From an uncultured Solibacteraceae bacterium (GTDB lineage Bacteria > Acidobacteriota > Terriglobia > 20CM-2-55-15), in contig CAZOZZ010000006.1 in assembly GCA_964584435.1 (NCBI GenBank), forward strand, positions 1-52,668: DNA of 52,668 bases, written 5' to 3'. The position numbers were made by a program, and so were the translations under genes. Under the pieces are notes generated by a model, which was given only the letters and a program-made list of their open reading frames with translations, was not told the origin of the DNA and ran no database searches. Of the stretch, positions 19,101 through 29,900 are shown piece by piece. Each line of letters begins with the position of its first letter. Position 1 is the stretch's first letter.

Positions 19101-22100
19101 ATGTTGGCCGCAGCATTCAACGCGGCATAGGATAGCTCGACTCCGCCGCAGTAGACCGCAATCCTGTCCGGGGTCGAGCGAGCTTGTTCTTCGAACAAAG
19201 ATGCGATGGTCGACTCGCTTGGGTACGGACAGGTCGTTTCGTTAAAGGCCGTGATGGTCCGGTGTGCATCCGGTCCCAGGACCGCTTGCGTACTCAACTT
19301 GCCGGCAAAATCGGAGGCGAACCGCGATAGGATCCCAACATAGATTTCAACCAGATGGGTAATCTCTTCCTCGCTGTACACACTGTCGTCGAAGTAAATC
19401 GAAACACTGAAGTCGCCGAACGTTCCGCTGACGCTGAAATCGAAAGGCGTATTCGTATTTTCGTAACTCAGCGCCGCGCGTGCCGTCTTCCTGTTTCCGG
19501 CGCGAATTCCGCCGAGAACATGAAAATCAACGAAGTTGAACAGCACATCGAAGAGTGGATTGCCGGTCTCTGCCGACTCTCCCACAGCTTCGGCGATCTT
19601 CGGTGTCGACAGACGCGCATGCGGGCGAATCTTTTCGATCTGCTCATGCGTCGTGCGAAGAAGATCCAGCGGGGAGGCGCTGCCGTCCCACCCGAAGCGG
19701 AGAGGGACAGAATTCAGAAAGCATCCCAGCACACGATCGCCATCGACAACGCCAGGACGTCCGTGGGACACCAAACCAAACAAGACGTTGTCCTTGCCGC
19801 TCGTCAGGCCCAGCCAGTAAACGAATGCCGCGAGATATATCTCTTTAATGGGCATCTTACGGTCCCGGGCAAGCCCTTGAAGGCGCTCCCCCATGGCCGT
19901 ATCGATCAGGGTCACAAGCTTCCGCCGCAGTCCGGGAATTTCCGATGGAACCCTGCCCAGGGGGAGCGGGCTCCTTTCGAAGCCGTCCAGTTCTCCACTC
20001 CAGAACGCCCTCGTCTCTTCGGACTGTTCGATGCAGAGCTGATCGGCAACGAAGTCGCGATAAGAAGATGGCAGAGGATTCAGCGCATACGACGGGTCCT
20101 GCTTCAAGTGAAAGTAGGTCTTGAGCAATTCCGTCAGGAAGCTCGCATTACTCCAACCGTCGAGGATCGCATGATGAAAACTCCAAATCAGCACGAACCG
20201 TTTCGGGCTGAGTCGAACCAACCGGGCGCGCCACAGGCCGGGACTGGATATATTGAACGGTACCTGGCGGTCCGCCTGCAGGATTTCTTCAATCCGGCGC
20301 TCCTCGCCTTGGGGATCGTAGGACGACTGGAAGCCTTCGCTGTTGACCTCCAGGTAGTCGAGATCGACCCGCATTTCGCGATGGACCACTTGAATCGGGT
20401 CCGACGCGATGTGAAAGCTTGTGCGCAGGATAGGATGTTTGCCGACCATCAGTTTGAGGGCATTGTGAAAAATCGCCCTCGAGAAAGAATCGTCTTCGAG
20501 TTCATGGACAAACTGATCGTGGTAGACGGCACCCGCGGGATCGCGGAGACTGTGAAACACCATGCCTTTCTCGATGTCGCTCATCGGATAGACGTCTTCG
20601 CAATCCTCCAGAACCACACCGTCGGCCGGGTCGGCGGAAAAGGATCGTCGCCAGTCGTCCAACCGGCGTTCTCGCTCCTCGTGCTCGGCGTCGGACCCGG
20701 CAAAATCGACTTGGCGAATGTGACCCGCCAATTCCGCGACTGTCGAATGTCCGTAGAATTCACGAAACGCGATGCGAACTCCAAGCTCCGCCGCGATTGC
20801 ATTGAGCAGTCGGATGATGTTGATGGAATCCCCGCCTAGATCGCCAAAGTCGTCCTCAATCGAAATGCCGCTGACGGCAAGGACGCGTTCCCAGATCGCT
20901 ACAAGTGCGATTTCAAGGCGATCGCGCGGCGCGACCGTCGAGCGCTCGTCAGGCCGCACGACCGGTTCAGGCAACACCTTCAAATCGATCTTCCCATTTG
21001 ATGTCAGCCTGAACGCGTCGACCGGGACAAGGTGCGCCGGCATCATGTAGGCTGGCAGGCTCGTTCGCAACCGTTGCCGTAGCTCTCCTACATCGATTGG
21101 CTCGCGACTCGTGTAGTAGGCAACGATGTTCTGTACGTCATCCGCAGTGTCGCGAGCTATCGCAATCGCATTTTCGATTGATGGATGAGACTGCAGCGTC
21201 CCTTCGATCTCCCGCAACTCCACGCGGAACCCGCGAATCTGCACCTGATTATCGTTTCGCCCGAAGTGCTCCAGCGTACCCGCTGCCGACCAGCGTCCGA
21301 TGTCTCCGCTCTTATACAGGCGCTGGGACGCATCCCAGGGCGCGGAAACGAAACGTTCTGAAGTCAGAGACGGCCGGTTCAGGTAGCCCCGACTCACGCC
21401 CGATCCGCCAACATACAACTCTCCGGACACGCCTGGGGGTTGCAGTTGTAAATCGGAGTTCAGCACATAAACGGTCGTTTCCGGAAGAGGAACGCCGATC
21501 GGACTTCGACCCGGCGCACCAAGGACCTCCGCCTCGGACAAGGGACCGTATGTGACATGGACCGTCGTCTCCGTGATCCCGAACATGTTGACCATGCGTA
21601 TCTTGTTGAGAGGGTACCAACCGGCCCATTCACGCAAGCGCGCCGGCTCGAGCCGATCGCCGCCGAAAATCACATATCGCAGATGCGAATCGAGATCGTG
21701 TGTTGTCGCCAGTTGCTCCTGTGAAATGAAGTTATAGAACGATCCAGGAGTCTGATTCAGAACGGTCACGCCATGGAACTTGACGAGCCGCCAGAACTGC
21801 TCGACATCACGAACATCCTCCCGAGCCGGAACGACCAGAGTTCCGCCGTACAACAACGCCCCATACATTTCCCAGACCGAAAAATCGAACGCAAACGAAT
21901 GCGCAACGATCCATGTGTCATCTTCGCTGAATTCAAAAGGAAAGCGCTCGGTCTTCAGCAACCGGATGATGTTCCGCTGTTCCACGCAACAACCTTTCGG
22001 AATTCCTGTCGAACCAGACGTGTAAATGACATAGGCGAGGCTGTCGAGTGAGCCAGTGCTTGGGCCATTCATTTCGGGGCCGTTCATCGAGCGGACATCC

Positions 22101-23968
22101 ACGACCTCCGGGGAGTTCTCGAACGAGGCCACTTCGCTGGCCAGAGCCTGGCCGCCCTCACCGGTCAGAAGCAATTGCGCTCGGGAATCCCGGAGGATGA
22201 GCCGCAGCCGCTCCGGAGGGTGGGCCGGGTCCAGGGGAACGTAGGCACAGCCGGCCTTAAGGATTCCAATTAAAGTGGCTACGGTCCATTCGGAGGGTCC
22301 GAGCAATACACCGACCAGAGTTTCCAGCGTATCGGGAAAGCGGGACCGCAAAGCTGCTGCAATCCGGTTCGCGCACGAATTGAGCTCCTGATACGTCCAG
22401 GTCGCGCCCGGTCCGACGACCGCGACCTTATGAGGAAGCCGGGTGACCTCGGTTTCAAACAGTTCGGCAATGGTTTGGGTCGGGTAAACGGCGCGGGTGT
22501 TGTTGAACTCGCCCATGAGCTGCCTCTTCTCCTCGGGCGTTACAATCTCCAACTGCCCAACCGGAGCATCCGGGTCCCGCACGATCGCCTGGGCAAGCTG
22601 CTGGAAATGGCCGGCCATGCGGGAGATTGTGTCCGCCCGAAACAGGGCCTTCGCATAGTTCAGAACCACTCGAAAACCCTGTGGACCTGGACCGAAGTAG
22701 AAACTCAGGTCGAACTTTGCGGTGGTGAATCCAAAATCGACTGGAGCGACACGAAGCTCACCGATACCCGATGACACAACCCGTCTGTCCACGCCACCTT
22801 CCTGATAGATCACGGCCACACTGAACAGCGGTGAACGGTCCAGAGAAAGCGGCGCCTTGAGATCGGACAGGAGCGCATCAAACGGATACTCCGCATGTTC
22901 GTACGCTTGCTCGGCTGTCGACTTCACCTGGGAAAGAAGTTCCCGGAAGCTATCAGAGCTCGAAACGCGATCTCGCAAGACCAGCGTGTTCACAAAATAC
23001 CCGATCTGATTCTCCAGATCCCGATCACCTCTCCCGGCCTCGGGAGCGCCGACGGTGATGTCATCCGAATCGGTGTATCGATGAAGCAGAACCTTTACGA
23101 CCGTCGTTAGCGTCTGAAACCACGTCGCGTGGGCCTGCAGGCGCAGCCGGTCGAGACCACCAGTCACTTCCTCATCAAGTTCGAAAATGACGTTCTCACC
23201 AACAGGGTCGAATTCCGCAGGACGAAAATTGTCGTGCGGCATTTCGAGGGGCGTGACGCCCGCCAGCTGGTTCGACCAATACGCCCGTTGACGCGCGTGA
23301 GCGGGTTCCGCGCGGGACCGGACCTGCCTCGCCGCGTAATCACGATACTGAATCGGCAGTGAGGGAGACGTCGGCTCTCTGCCGAGCGAATACGTGGAAT
23401 AGCCTTCGAAGAGATCGGAAAGCAACACATTCTGCGACCATTCGTCGCAGAACGCATGGTGGATATTGCAATAGAAAATGTGCCGTTGGGGGGCCGTCCG
23501 TAACAGCATCGCCCGAAGGGGAGGTCCCTGCTCCAGGTCGAAGGACAAGGCAGCATCCTCTCGCAGAAGCTGGCGGGCCTTTTTGTCCGGTTCGGCGTGA
23601 TCGGTCAGGTCGACAAATCGAACCCGAGGCGCATCTTCCTGAATGAACTGGCGTAGTTGATCCAAAGCCATTCGAACGACCGTGCGTAGCGACTCATGCC
23701 GTTCGGTGAGCGCGTCGAATGACTTGAAGAACATGTCCCTGTCGAGCGGACCCTCCAGTTGGACCGCGGACGGCATGTTGTAGGCGGCCGAATTCGGAAA
23801 GAGCCGCTGCAGAAGCCACATCCTCTGCTGTCCGCTTGAAACCGGATAGCCAGAGACAGACCGGGCCTTGCCAAAGTAGCCCGCATCACGCAACTGTCGA
23901 ATTGCTTCGGGATCGCCTTTCCGGGCACGTCGCTTGAGTGTCGCCAGATCCATGGGGTCCTCACTCAT
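16133..23968 (-). CDS. NRPS, modules 6-7: C-A-T-C-A-T-E (2,611 aa)
   Basis: N-terminal helix of about 35 aa. C (SSGQQRMWLLQ; HHAFCDEW aa 170-177). A (YTSGSTGIPKG, FDFSVWE, NMFGITETTVH; code DFWNIGMVHK). T (LGGDS, Ser1048). C (YPMSDIEKGMVFHS; FHHAILDGWS, HH 1265-1266). A (YTSGSSGRPKG, FDACTFE, HVYGPTENTTF; code DAFFMGVTFK). T (IGGDSIKAIQ, Ser2117). E (PLSPVQHWFFEQ; HHLIADAVT, HH 2287-2288). Confidence 0.97.
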   Translation of the reverse strand: MSEDPMDLATLKRRARKGDPEAIRQLRDAGYFGKARSVSGYPVSSGQQRMWLLQRLFPNSAAYNMPSAVQLEGPLDRDMFFKSFDALTERHESLRTVVRMALDQLRQFIQEDAPRVRFVDLTDHAEPDKKARQLLREDAALSFDLEQGPPLRAMLLRTAPQRHIFYCNIHHAFCDEWSQNVLLSDLFEGYSTYSLGREPTSPSLPIQYRDYAARQVRSRAEPAHARQRAYWSNQLAGVTPLEMPHDNFRPAEFDPVGENVIFELDEEVTGGLDRLRLQAHATWFQTLTTVVKVLLHRYTDSDDITVGAPEAGRGDRDLENQIGYFVNTLVLRDRVSSSDSFRELLSQVKSTAEQAYEHAEYPFDALLSDLKAPLSLDRSPLFSVAVIYQEGGVDRRVVSSGIGELRVAPVDFGFTTAKFDLSFYFGPGPQGFRVVLNYAKALFRADTISRMAGHFQQLAQAIVRDPDAPVGQLEIVTPEEKRQLMGEFNNTRAVYPTQTIAELFETEVTRLPHKVAVVGPGATWTYQELNSCANRIAAALRSRFPDTLETLVGVLLGPSEWTVATLIGILKAGCAYVPLDPAHPPERLRLILRDSRAQLLLTGEGGQALASEVASFENSPEVVDVRSMNGPEMNGPSTGSLDSLAYVIYTSGSTGIPKGCCVEQRNIIRLLKTERFPFEFSEDDTWIVAHSFAFDFSVWEMYGALLYGGTLVVPAREDVRDVEQFWRLVKFHGVTVLNQTPGSFYNFISQEQLATTHDLDSHLRYVIFGGDRLEPARLREWAGWYPLNKIRMVNMFGITETTVHVTYGPLSEAEVLGAPGRSPIGVPLPETTVYVLNSDLQLQPPGVSGELYVGGSGVSRGYLNRPSLTSERFVSAPWDASQRLYKSGDIGRWSAAGTLEHFGRNDNQVQIRGFRVELREIEGTLQSHPSIENAIAIARDTADDVQNIVAYYTSREPIDVGELRQRLRTSLPAYMMPAHLVPVDAFRLTSNGKIDLKVLPEPVVRPDERSTVAPRDRLEIALVAIWERVLAVSGISIEDDFGDLGGDSINIIRLLNAIAAELGVRIAFREFYGHSTVAELAGHIRQVDFAGSDAEHEERERRLDDWRRSFSADPADGVVLEDCEDVYPMSDIEKGMVFHSLRDPAGAVYHDQFVHELEDDSFSRAIFHNALKLMVGKHPILRTSFHIASDPIQVVHREMRVDLDYLEVNSEGFQSSYDPQGEERRIEEILQADRQVPFNISSPGLWRARLVRLSPKRFVLIWSFHHAILDGWSNASFLTELLKTYFHLKQDPSYALNPLPSSYRDFVADQLCIEQSEETRAFWSGELDGFERSPLPLGRVPSEIPGLRRKLVTLIDTAMGERLQGLARDRKMPIKEIYLAAFVYWLGLTSGKDNVLFGLVSHGRPGVVDGDRVLGCFLNSVPLRFGWDGSASPLDLLRTTHEQIEKIRPHARLSTPKIAEAVGESAETGNPLFDVLFNFVDFHVLGGIRAGNRKTARAALSYENTNTPFDFSVSGTFGDFSVSIYFDDSVYSEEEITHLVEIYVGILSRFASDFAGKLSTQAVLGPDAHRTITAFNETTCPYPSESTIASLFEEQARSTPDRIAVYCGGVELSYAALNAAANIVGRRLRGDLSIQAEERVGVLLESSEWTAVALLAILKAGGAYVPLDPSIPASRTELILRDTGCRYVLTNESSRQPGLPGIEAIDIESIDMEDAGDLEPIGSGSSLAYVIYTSGSSGRPKGSLIEQKSVIRLVRNTNYVAVRPQDRILQGGSIAFDACTFEIWGALLNGAAVVFPKRSVLADPLEFAAVLKEQAVTILFLTTSLFNQFVESNVSMFRGLRILMSGGERVSPAHFMTLRSVCPGVELLHVYGPTENTTFSTFYRVSSHHEHDIPIGSPISNSSIYVLGRNLEPLPLGTPGEIFTGGDGVARGYLNDDDLTRRVFVADPFRPGGRLYRTGDRGRWLRNGVVQFLGRIDSQVKVRGFRVELGEVEQHMRRHPLVGESIVVAAQNVVGAQELTGYYTSSQPLVREALRSFLAESLPAWMIPAHFVALEAMPVGHTGKINRAALGLPKARESRGGLPSGEREAALESVWAAVLNREQVAVDEVYFEIGGDSIKAIQIAHRLKQRGWRMKVADLFQFPTISELAPRLAPSIALPSRSPGFGPVPLSPVQHWFFEQHSGQLHHFNISMLLECREAVEESALRTALAGLYRHHDTLRMVFEGVAPSVNQSIVDPGGAIPLAIEGAFSAESARRHQAEFQLDKGPLVAAVLFRSSEKDLLMITLHHLIADAVTCRILLDDLGVCYEQARSGQSINLPPIHFTFRDWSNHLAQHAQSKTSEREVAYWEAVLREPSSELLVDRSAVNRYSDCHSKEIELSRAETKALLACQPSGRGKDTLSILLTALGRALQLWHGGAATRILLEGHGRHMLEDDIEVNRTAGWFTALFPFALRLEGPTAKAQVDGIRQRLEDIPGGGVGFGVARHLAPESTRDVLRRYELPRLAFNYLGEFADIGAGGFFQLKGDAPGPISGSVSRASDLEFTAAVIEERFGLSITYSSAQCSASAIERLAANFRQELLAIVTALGSTEEKAAATGLSKADLDTILRKIR

Positions 23969-26900
23969 CGAAGCGCAACAACTCCAGTTCGTCCGGTGTC
24001 AGAGATACCGGATCCGCATGATCGGAGGATCCACTCGCGGCAGTCGCGATCTCCGTTGACCGGGGTCGCGCTCGGAGTAACGATGCCAGCGACGCAATCG
24101 TGGGATTACGGAACAGCTCCATCATCGTGACCGGTACATTCAGTTCCTTTTGCAATCGGAAAACCGCTCTCGTCGCCGCAAGGCTGTGTCCTCCGCTACG
24201 AAAGAAATCATCATGGATGCTGATGGGGCGAACGTCCAACACTTGCTCCCAGACTGTCCCTATAGCCACCTCCATCGCGTCACGAGGCTCCTCAAAAGCC
24301 GCCTCGCTCGAAAACGCGGACGGCTCCGGCAAAGCCGAACGGTCCACCTTTCCGTTGGCAGCCAAGGGCAAGGCATCCAAAGTGACGAACGCGGACGGCG
24401 TCATGTATGCCGGCAACAGCATTTTCAAATGCGACCGCAGCGCGGACGCTTCGACGGTCCCGAAGGCGACGATGTACGCCGCCAGAGCCGTTTCACCCTC
24501 ATCGTTGGACACGCATACGACCGCGGCTTCCTGGACGCTTTCGTGGCGACAAAGGGCAGCTTCCACTTCACCGGTTTCAACGCGATGTCCCCGCACTTTG
24601 ACTTGATGGTCCGTCCTTCCCAGGAACTCCAGCAAGCCGGTCGAATCGAAACGTACGACGTCGCCAGTGCGATACAGGCGTCGACCGTCACCGTCGGTGA
24701 TGAATCGCTCCCGGGTCCGCATCTTCTGCCCACGGTATCCGCGAGCGAGTCCCACGCCTCCAATGAACAGCTCCCCGGGAACGCCGAGGGCCGACGGTTG
24801 GAGCCATCGATCAAGGACGTAGACCGAGGTATTGTGTATCGCCTTTCCAATACTGACCACGGGAGGCGCGCCTTCCGCAACATGATTGGAATCAATGCGG
24901 CAGGCCGTGCTCCAGATCGTGCTTTCAGTCGGCCCGTAAACGTTCCAGAAGCGACCGCACCGTGCAAACAGGCTGGATGCCAGTCCCCGATGCAGCGCTT
25001 CTCCGCCGCAAAGGATCGTAAGCTCCGGACTTCCCTTCCAACCCGCTGCCAGCAACATCCGCCACGTACTGGGAGTCCCCTGCATCAACGTGATGTCCCC
25101 TCGCGCCAAACGCTTGCCGATCGCTTCGCCATCCACGGCCATCGCACTTGAAGCAATGACGGTGAGTCCTCCGGAAATCAGAGGCAGATAGAGCTCCAGG
25201 CCGGCGATATCGAACGACACCGTGGTCAAGGACAGAAAGGCATCCTTGTCGGTCATCCCGATCATTTCCTTGAAAGAAAGCAGGAGGTTGGCGAGGGCGC
25301 CATGCTCGACCTCAACACCCTTCGGAACTCCAGTGGACCCAGACGTATAGAGCACGTAGGCAAGTTGCGAGGCCCCCACTTTCGGGAGAGGACGCGGATT
25401 ATCTGTCTCTATGCTCTTATGAAGCGGCAAAATCCGGCTCTTCGTCTCCTCTGAACCAATCAACTCCTCGACACGCCCTTCCGTGTCCGCATCGACCAGC
25501 ACGACGCTTGCCCCAGAGTCCTGGAGCATCTGAATGCAGCGATGATCTGGATACGCGGGATCAATAGGAACGTAGGCGAAACCCGCTTTGAGAATTCCAA
25601 GTAGCGCAGCGAGAAGGTCCATTGACCGCTCCAGACATACCGCGGCGACCGTCTCCGCCGCCTCGCTCCGGCTCATGAGATATGCCGCAATCTCGGTGGA
25701 CCGGCTGTCCACCTCCTGATAAGTCCAGGTTCGGTCTTCGAAGGATACGGCCGCATTGTGAGGAGTCTTCCGAACATGCTCTTCAAGAAGATCGAGCAAC
25801 GTCACTTCGTTGGCCAGGGGCAGAGTAGCTCCCTGAAATGACGTCATTAGCTTGCTTCGTTCGGTGCCGGGAACGATGTTCAGTTTCCCGCAAGCAACCT
25901 CCGGGTTCGTGATCGCATGGTCGGCAAGCTCAAAAAAATGGGCCGCCATGCGCTCGATGCGCTCGCGGGAGAACAGGTCGGTCCTGTACCGCAACCCCAA
26001 AAGCAAGTCGTCTCCCTCGGCTGCGAAGTCAAACGACAGATCGTACTTCGCAGTTTTGTTTGGAATCGCGACCGCCTCAACGGCGATTCCATCCAACTTC
26101 AAATCCACGGCTCCTGCATTCTGCAAACTGATCAGAACGTCAAAAAGCGGCGAATGGCTGAGATCCCGGGTCGAGGTGTCCCGATCAACCACGTCATCAA
26201 AAGGATGGGATTCGTTCTCATACGCATCCAGGCATGTGGCGCGAACCTGGCGCAGGAATTCGGCGAACGAGACGTCAGGATCGATCCTCGAACGCAAGAC
26301 AATCGTATTCAGATAGAAACCGATCTGGTCCTCCAGATCCGGATGAGACCTGCCTGCCACAGGGGTGCCGACCACGACATCCATCGAACCCGAATAACGA
26401 TGGAGCAGCACGACCAGCACGGAGTAAAGCGCCATGAACGGCGTGGCCCGATGTGCTGTGGCAAATGCCTCGATTCTCGCGCGGAAATTCGAGCCCAGCG
26501 CAAGGGTCAGCATATCCCCTTCAAAACTGGGAGTTGAAGGCCGAGGAAAGTCGGCAGGCAGGTCGAGGACGGGCAATTCGCCGGCAAGTTGCCGGTCCCA
26601 GTAACTTGCGGACCTCGATGCCTCGTCGGATTCCAGGAAACGGTTTTGCCAATATGAAAAATCCCGGTATTGCAAACGGAGCGATGGCAAATCGGGCGAT
26701 GTGCCACCCCGAAACGCGTTGTACGCGACCCGGAGTTCACGGCTGAGAATGCTCAGGCTCCAGCCATCCGCCACAATGTGATGCAAGACGAGATGTAATT
26801 CATGGCGTTTGGGTGCAAGCCGGATCAGTTGGGCTCTCATCAGGGGAGCCCGATCCAACGCGAAAGGCAGTCCAGAGAAACGCTTCGCCTCGCAAACGGA

Positions 26901-29900
26901 CGCTGATTCAGCGTCATCAGCGGACGAGAGATCGGAAAATGGCATCTCCCACGAGATGTCGGACAAAACCTCTTGTACCGGGTCCTCGCCATTCGAAACG
27001 AAACGGGTGCGCAGCGATTCGTGGCGACCAATAATCGTGGTAAATGCCCGGGCTAATGCGGCTCGATCGAGGTCTCCATCCAGGCGCACCACCAGAGGAA
27101 TGTGGTAAGCCCTCGAACCTTCCTCAAACTGGCACAGCAGCCACAGACGTCTCTGGGCTCGGGACAACGTATACCTGTCCTGATCTGGAGCCCGGGGAAT
27201 CCGGCTACCGACGGATTCGGTTTCACCTCGAATTTTTTGAGCAAGGCCCAGGATCGTCGGGCTTTCGAACAAGCTCTTGAGTGGCAGCGTCGAACCGAAC
27301 ATGCTGTTGAGCCGTGTGATCATGCGGCTTCCCAAAAGAGAGTCTCCCCGTAGTTCGAAAAAGCTCTCCTGGTTGCCGATGTGCTCGGTTCCCAACATTT
27401 CCTTCCAGAGTGCAACCAAACGACCCTCGATGCTTCCATCCTGGGGAGCCTGTGTACCCGGCTCATCCTGCTGGCCTGATTGTTCGGTCTTGTCTCCCGT
27501 TCGATTCTCGCTGACGTCCTTCCAACGGTCGAGTCGGGAGAACAAGTCGTGGCTGGAAACAACGACACCTCCCGTTGGGGCGCCGACGACAATCGAGAAA
27601 GCCATCTCGCTTTCCTCGAGTGTCATCTCCATGCGGTCCATTGCTGTCGCTTGCGACGAATCGATTCGCTCGCGGCGAAGCGTCGGCCAGCCGTCCCATG
27701 CGGAAGTGATCCAGCGCGTGACGCCACGCCGATTCTGCACCAACGCGAACGCATCCATGGCACAGTTGGCAGCTGCATATGCGGCGAGACCGAGACCTCC
27801 CAGGACAGTGGCATTCGACGAGATCAGAAGGACAAAGTCGAGGTCCACACCCTCCAGAGCTTTAGCCAGGGCGCGCGCCCCTCCGAGCTTGGGCTCCGAC
27901 TGCTCGACAAAGTGACTTTCCTCAAGTTCCTCAAACGGCGTGAAGATCGACGAACCGCTGGTCGTGCCGGCAGCGTGAATAACGCCATCGAAGTCACCAT
28001 ATCTGGTCCGGGTGCGCTGGACTGCCGCGAACACGTCGTCAGGGCGCGAAACATCTCCCGACAGCAGGAGCGCCTCGCCGCCAAGACGCTCGATCTCCTC
28101 GGCGAGCCCAACACCGCTCGTTTCCGCATGACGAGAAAACAAGACCAGTCGAGCGCGTTGGGTTCTCGCCAGGTAGCGAGCCAGAATTGCCCCGACGCCC
28201 CCGGTGCCCCCGGTAATCAAGTACACGCCGTGCTTCCGCAGTCGCCCAGCCCCGACAGGGATCCGCAGAGGCTCATGGGCGAGCGTCCATCGATGGGCGT
28301 GTCGGAAGGCAACAAACATGTCGGGCTGCGACGAAAGGATCTCGTTTCCGAGAAGTTCCGTCAGCCTGGGCTCCCCAGCCACTTCGGGACCGACATCGAT
28401 GGAACGGCAGGTGATGTAAGCGTTCTCCTGCCCGATCACAACGACTGGCCCACGAACTGCTCCTTGCAGTGGGTCGATCGCTTCGTCGCCAGTCACGTCA
28501 TGGGCACAGCACGTGATCTCTGTAATCAGAATCGGACGATTCGGCGCAAGATCTTTCCAGGCAGTAGCAATGCGGTTCAGCCTGACAGCGGACCCGGAAA
28601 AATCGATGATGCGATCCGGGAGACAACCCGACTTCGCGCGATCGGCTAGTAGAGAAGCGACGTCCGGATGTTCGACAAGGTCTACCTCGTGACCTTCGCG
28701 ACCTAGTCTTTCCGCCAATCCGGACGCAACTGCGCCTCCGTCTGAAAGGATCAACCAACTCCGGGTCGAATCCGCTTCCGTTACCGGAGGCATCGCCCGG
28801 CGCCACGCTGACGTGTAAAACCAATCGTCCACATGAGCGCGTTTCACGGTCGATCCACGACCAGCGTCGTCTCCGGCCCGCCGGGGCTCGATCCAGAGTC
28901 GTTTACGATTAAAAGAAAGACCCGGCAATGGAACACGCGCCGGCTCCTGCCCGGAGTAAAACGCCTTCCAGTCCACGGGCACACCCTCGATCCAAAGTCT
29001 GCCCAGCCCAGTTAAGACCGTCGCGACCGAGGACTGCCCCTCCTCCAGCGCGTGGGGCAGCGTAGGGAAGACGCTCTGCCCGCCGGACATGTGCGGATGC
29101 TGGCGGACGACTGACGTCAAAGCGCTGCCTGGCCCAACTTCCACAAGGACCCGCAGCGGATCGTCGAACAGGCTCCTTACCCCTTCCGCAAAGCGAACGG
29201 TCTGACGAAGCTGATTCGTCCAATATGCCGGGTCCTGCGCTTCTCGATCCGTGATCCATGTGCCCGTAGTGTTCGAAAGGAACGGAATCTGCGGGACGCC
29301 AAGCGTCAATGTCTCCAGGAATTCTCGAAACGACCGAAGGATCGGCTCTACAAGTCTCGAGTGCGCCGCGACGGAAATATGAAGTCGGTGGCTTTCGACT
29401 CCATGAGATTCAAACAACGCTCTCGCATTCTCGATTGCCTCAGTCGTGCCCGAAATAACACAGGACCCCGGAAGGTTGACAGCCGCAATGTCGCACGAAT
29501 CATCAAGTAGCGTTCGGACCCGTTCTTCGACGAGCTGGACGCTCAGCATGGCGCCGGGCGCGACCTTCTCGAACAAACGGCCTCGGAACGCAACAATGCG
29601 CAGGGCATCTTTCAAGTCCAACACTTCTGCCAGGCAGGCCGCAGCGTACTCCCCCAGGCTATGTCCGATCATCGCGCCCGGTTGGATACCCCAGGACATG
29701 AGCAACTTCGCCAACGAGTACTCCGTAATAAACAGCGCCGGCAGACCCAGTGATGGGGAAAGGAGCTTCGCGGCCGCTGCGGTCTCTTCGCCTGCCGGCG
29801 GATACATCACCGAACGAAAGCTGCCGCCCAATTCGGACGCTAAGACATCGCAACAGTGATCGACCTGCTCGCGAAAGTACGGTTCGCTGTTGTAGAGATC

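Noticed and set aside
19289-20596. The idea that the DCL-like internal C domain is a dual E/C or a heterocyclisation (Cy) domain.
   Set aside because: It has a standard HHAILDGWS motif rather than the Cy DxxxxD motif, and I found no additional N-terminal HH motif characteristic of dual E/C domains. I kept it only as a subtype-mismatch observation.
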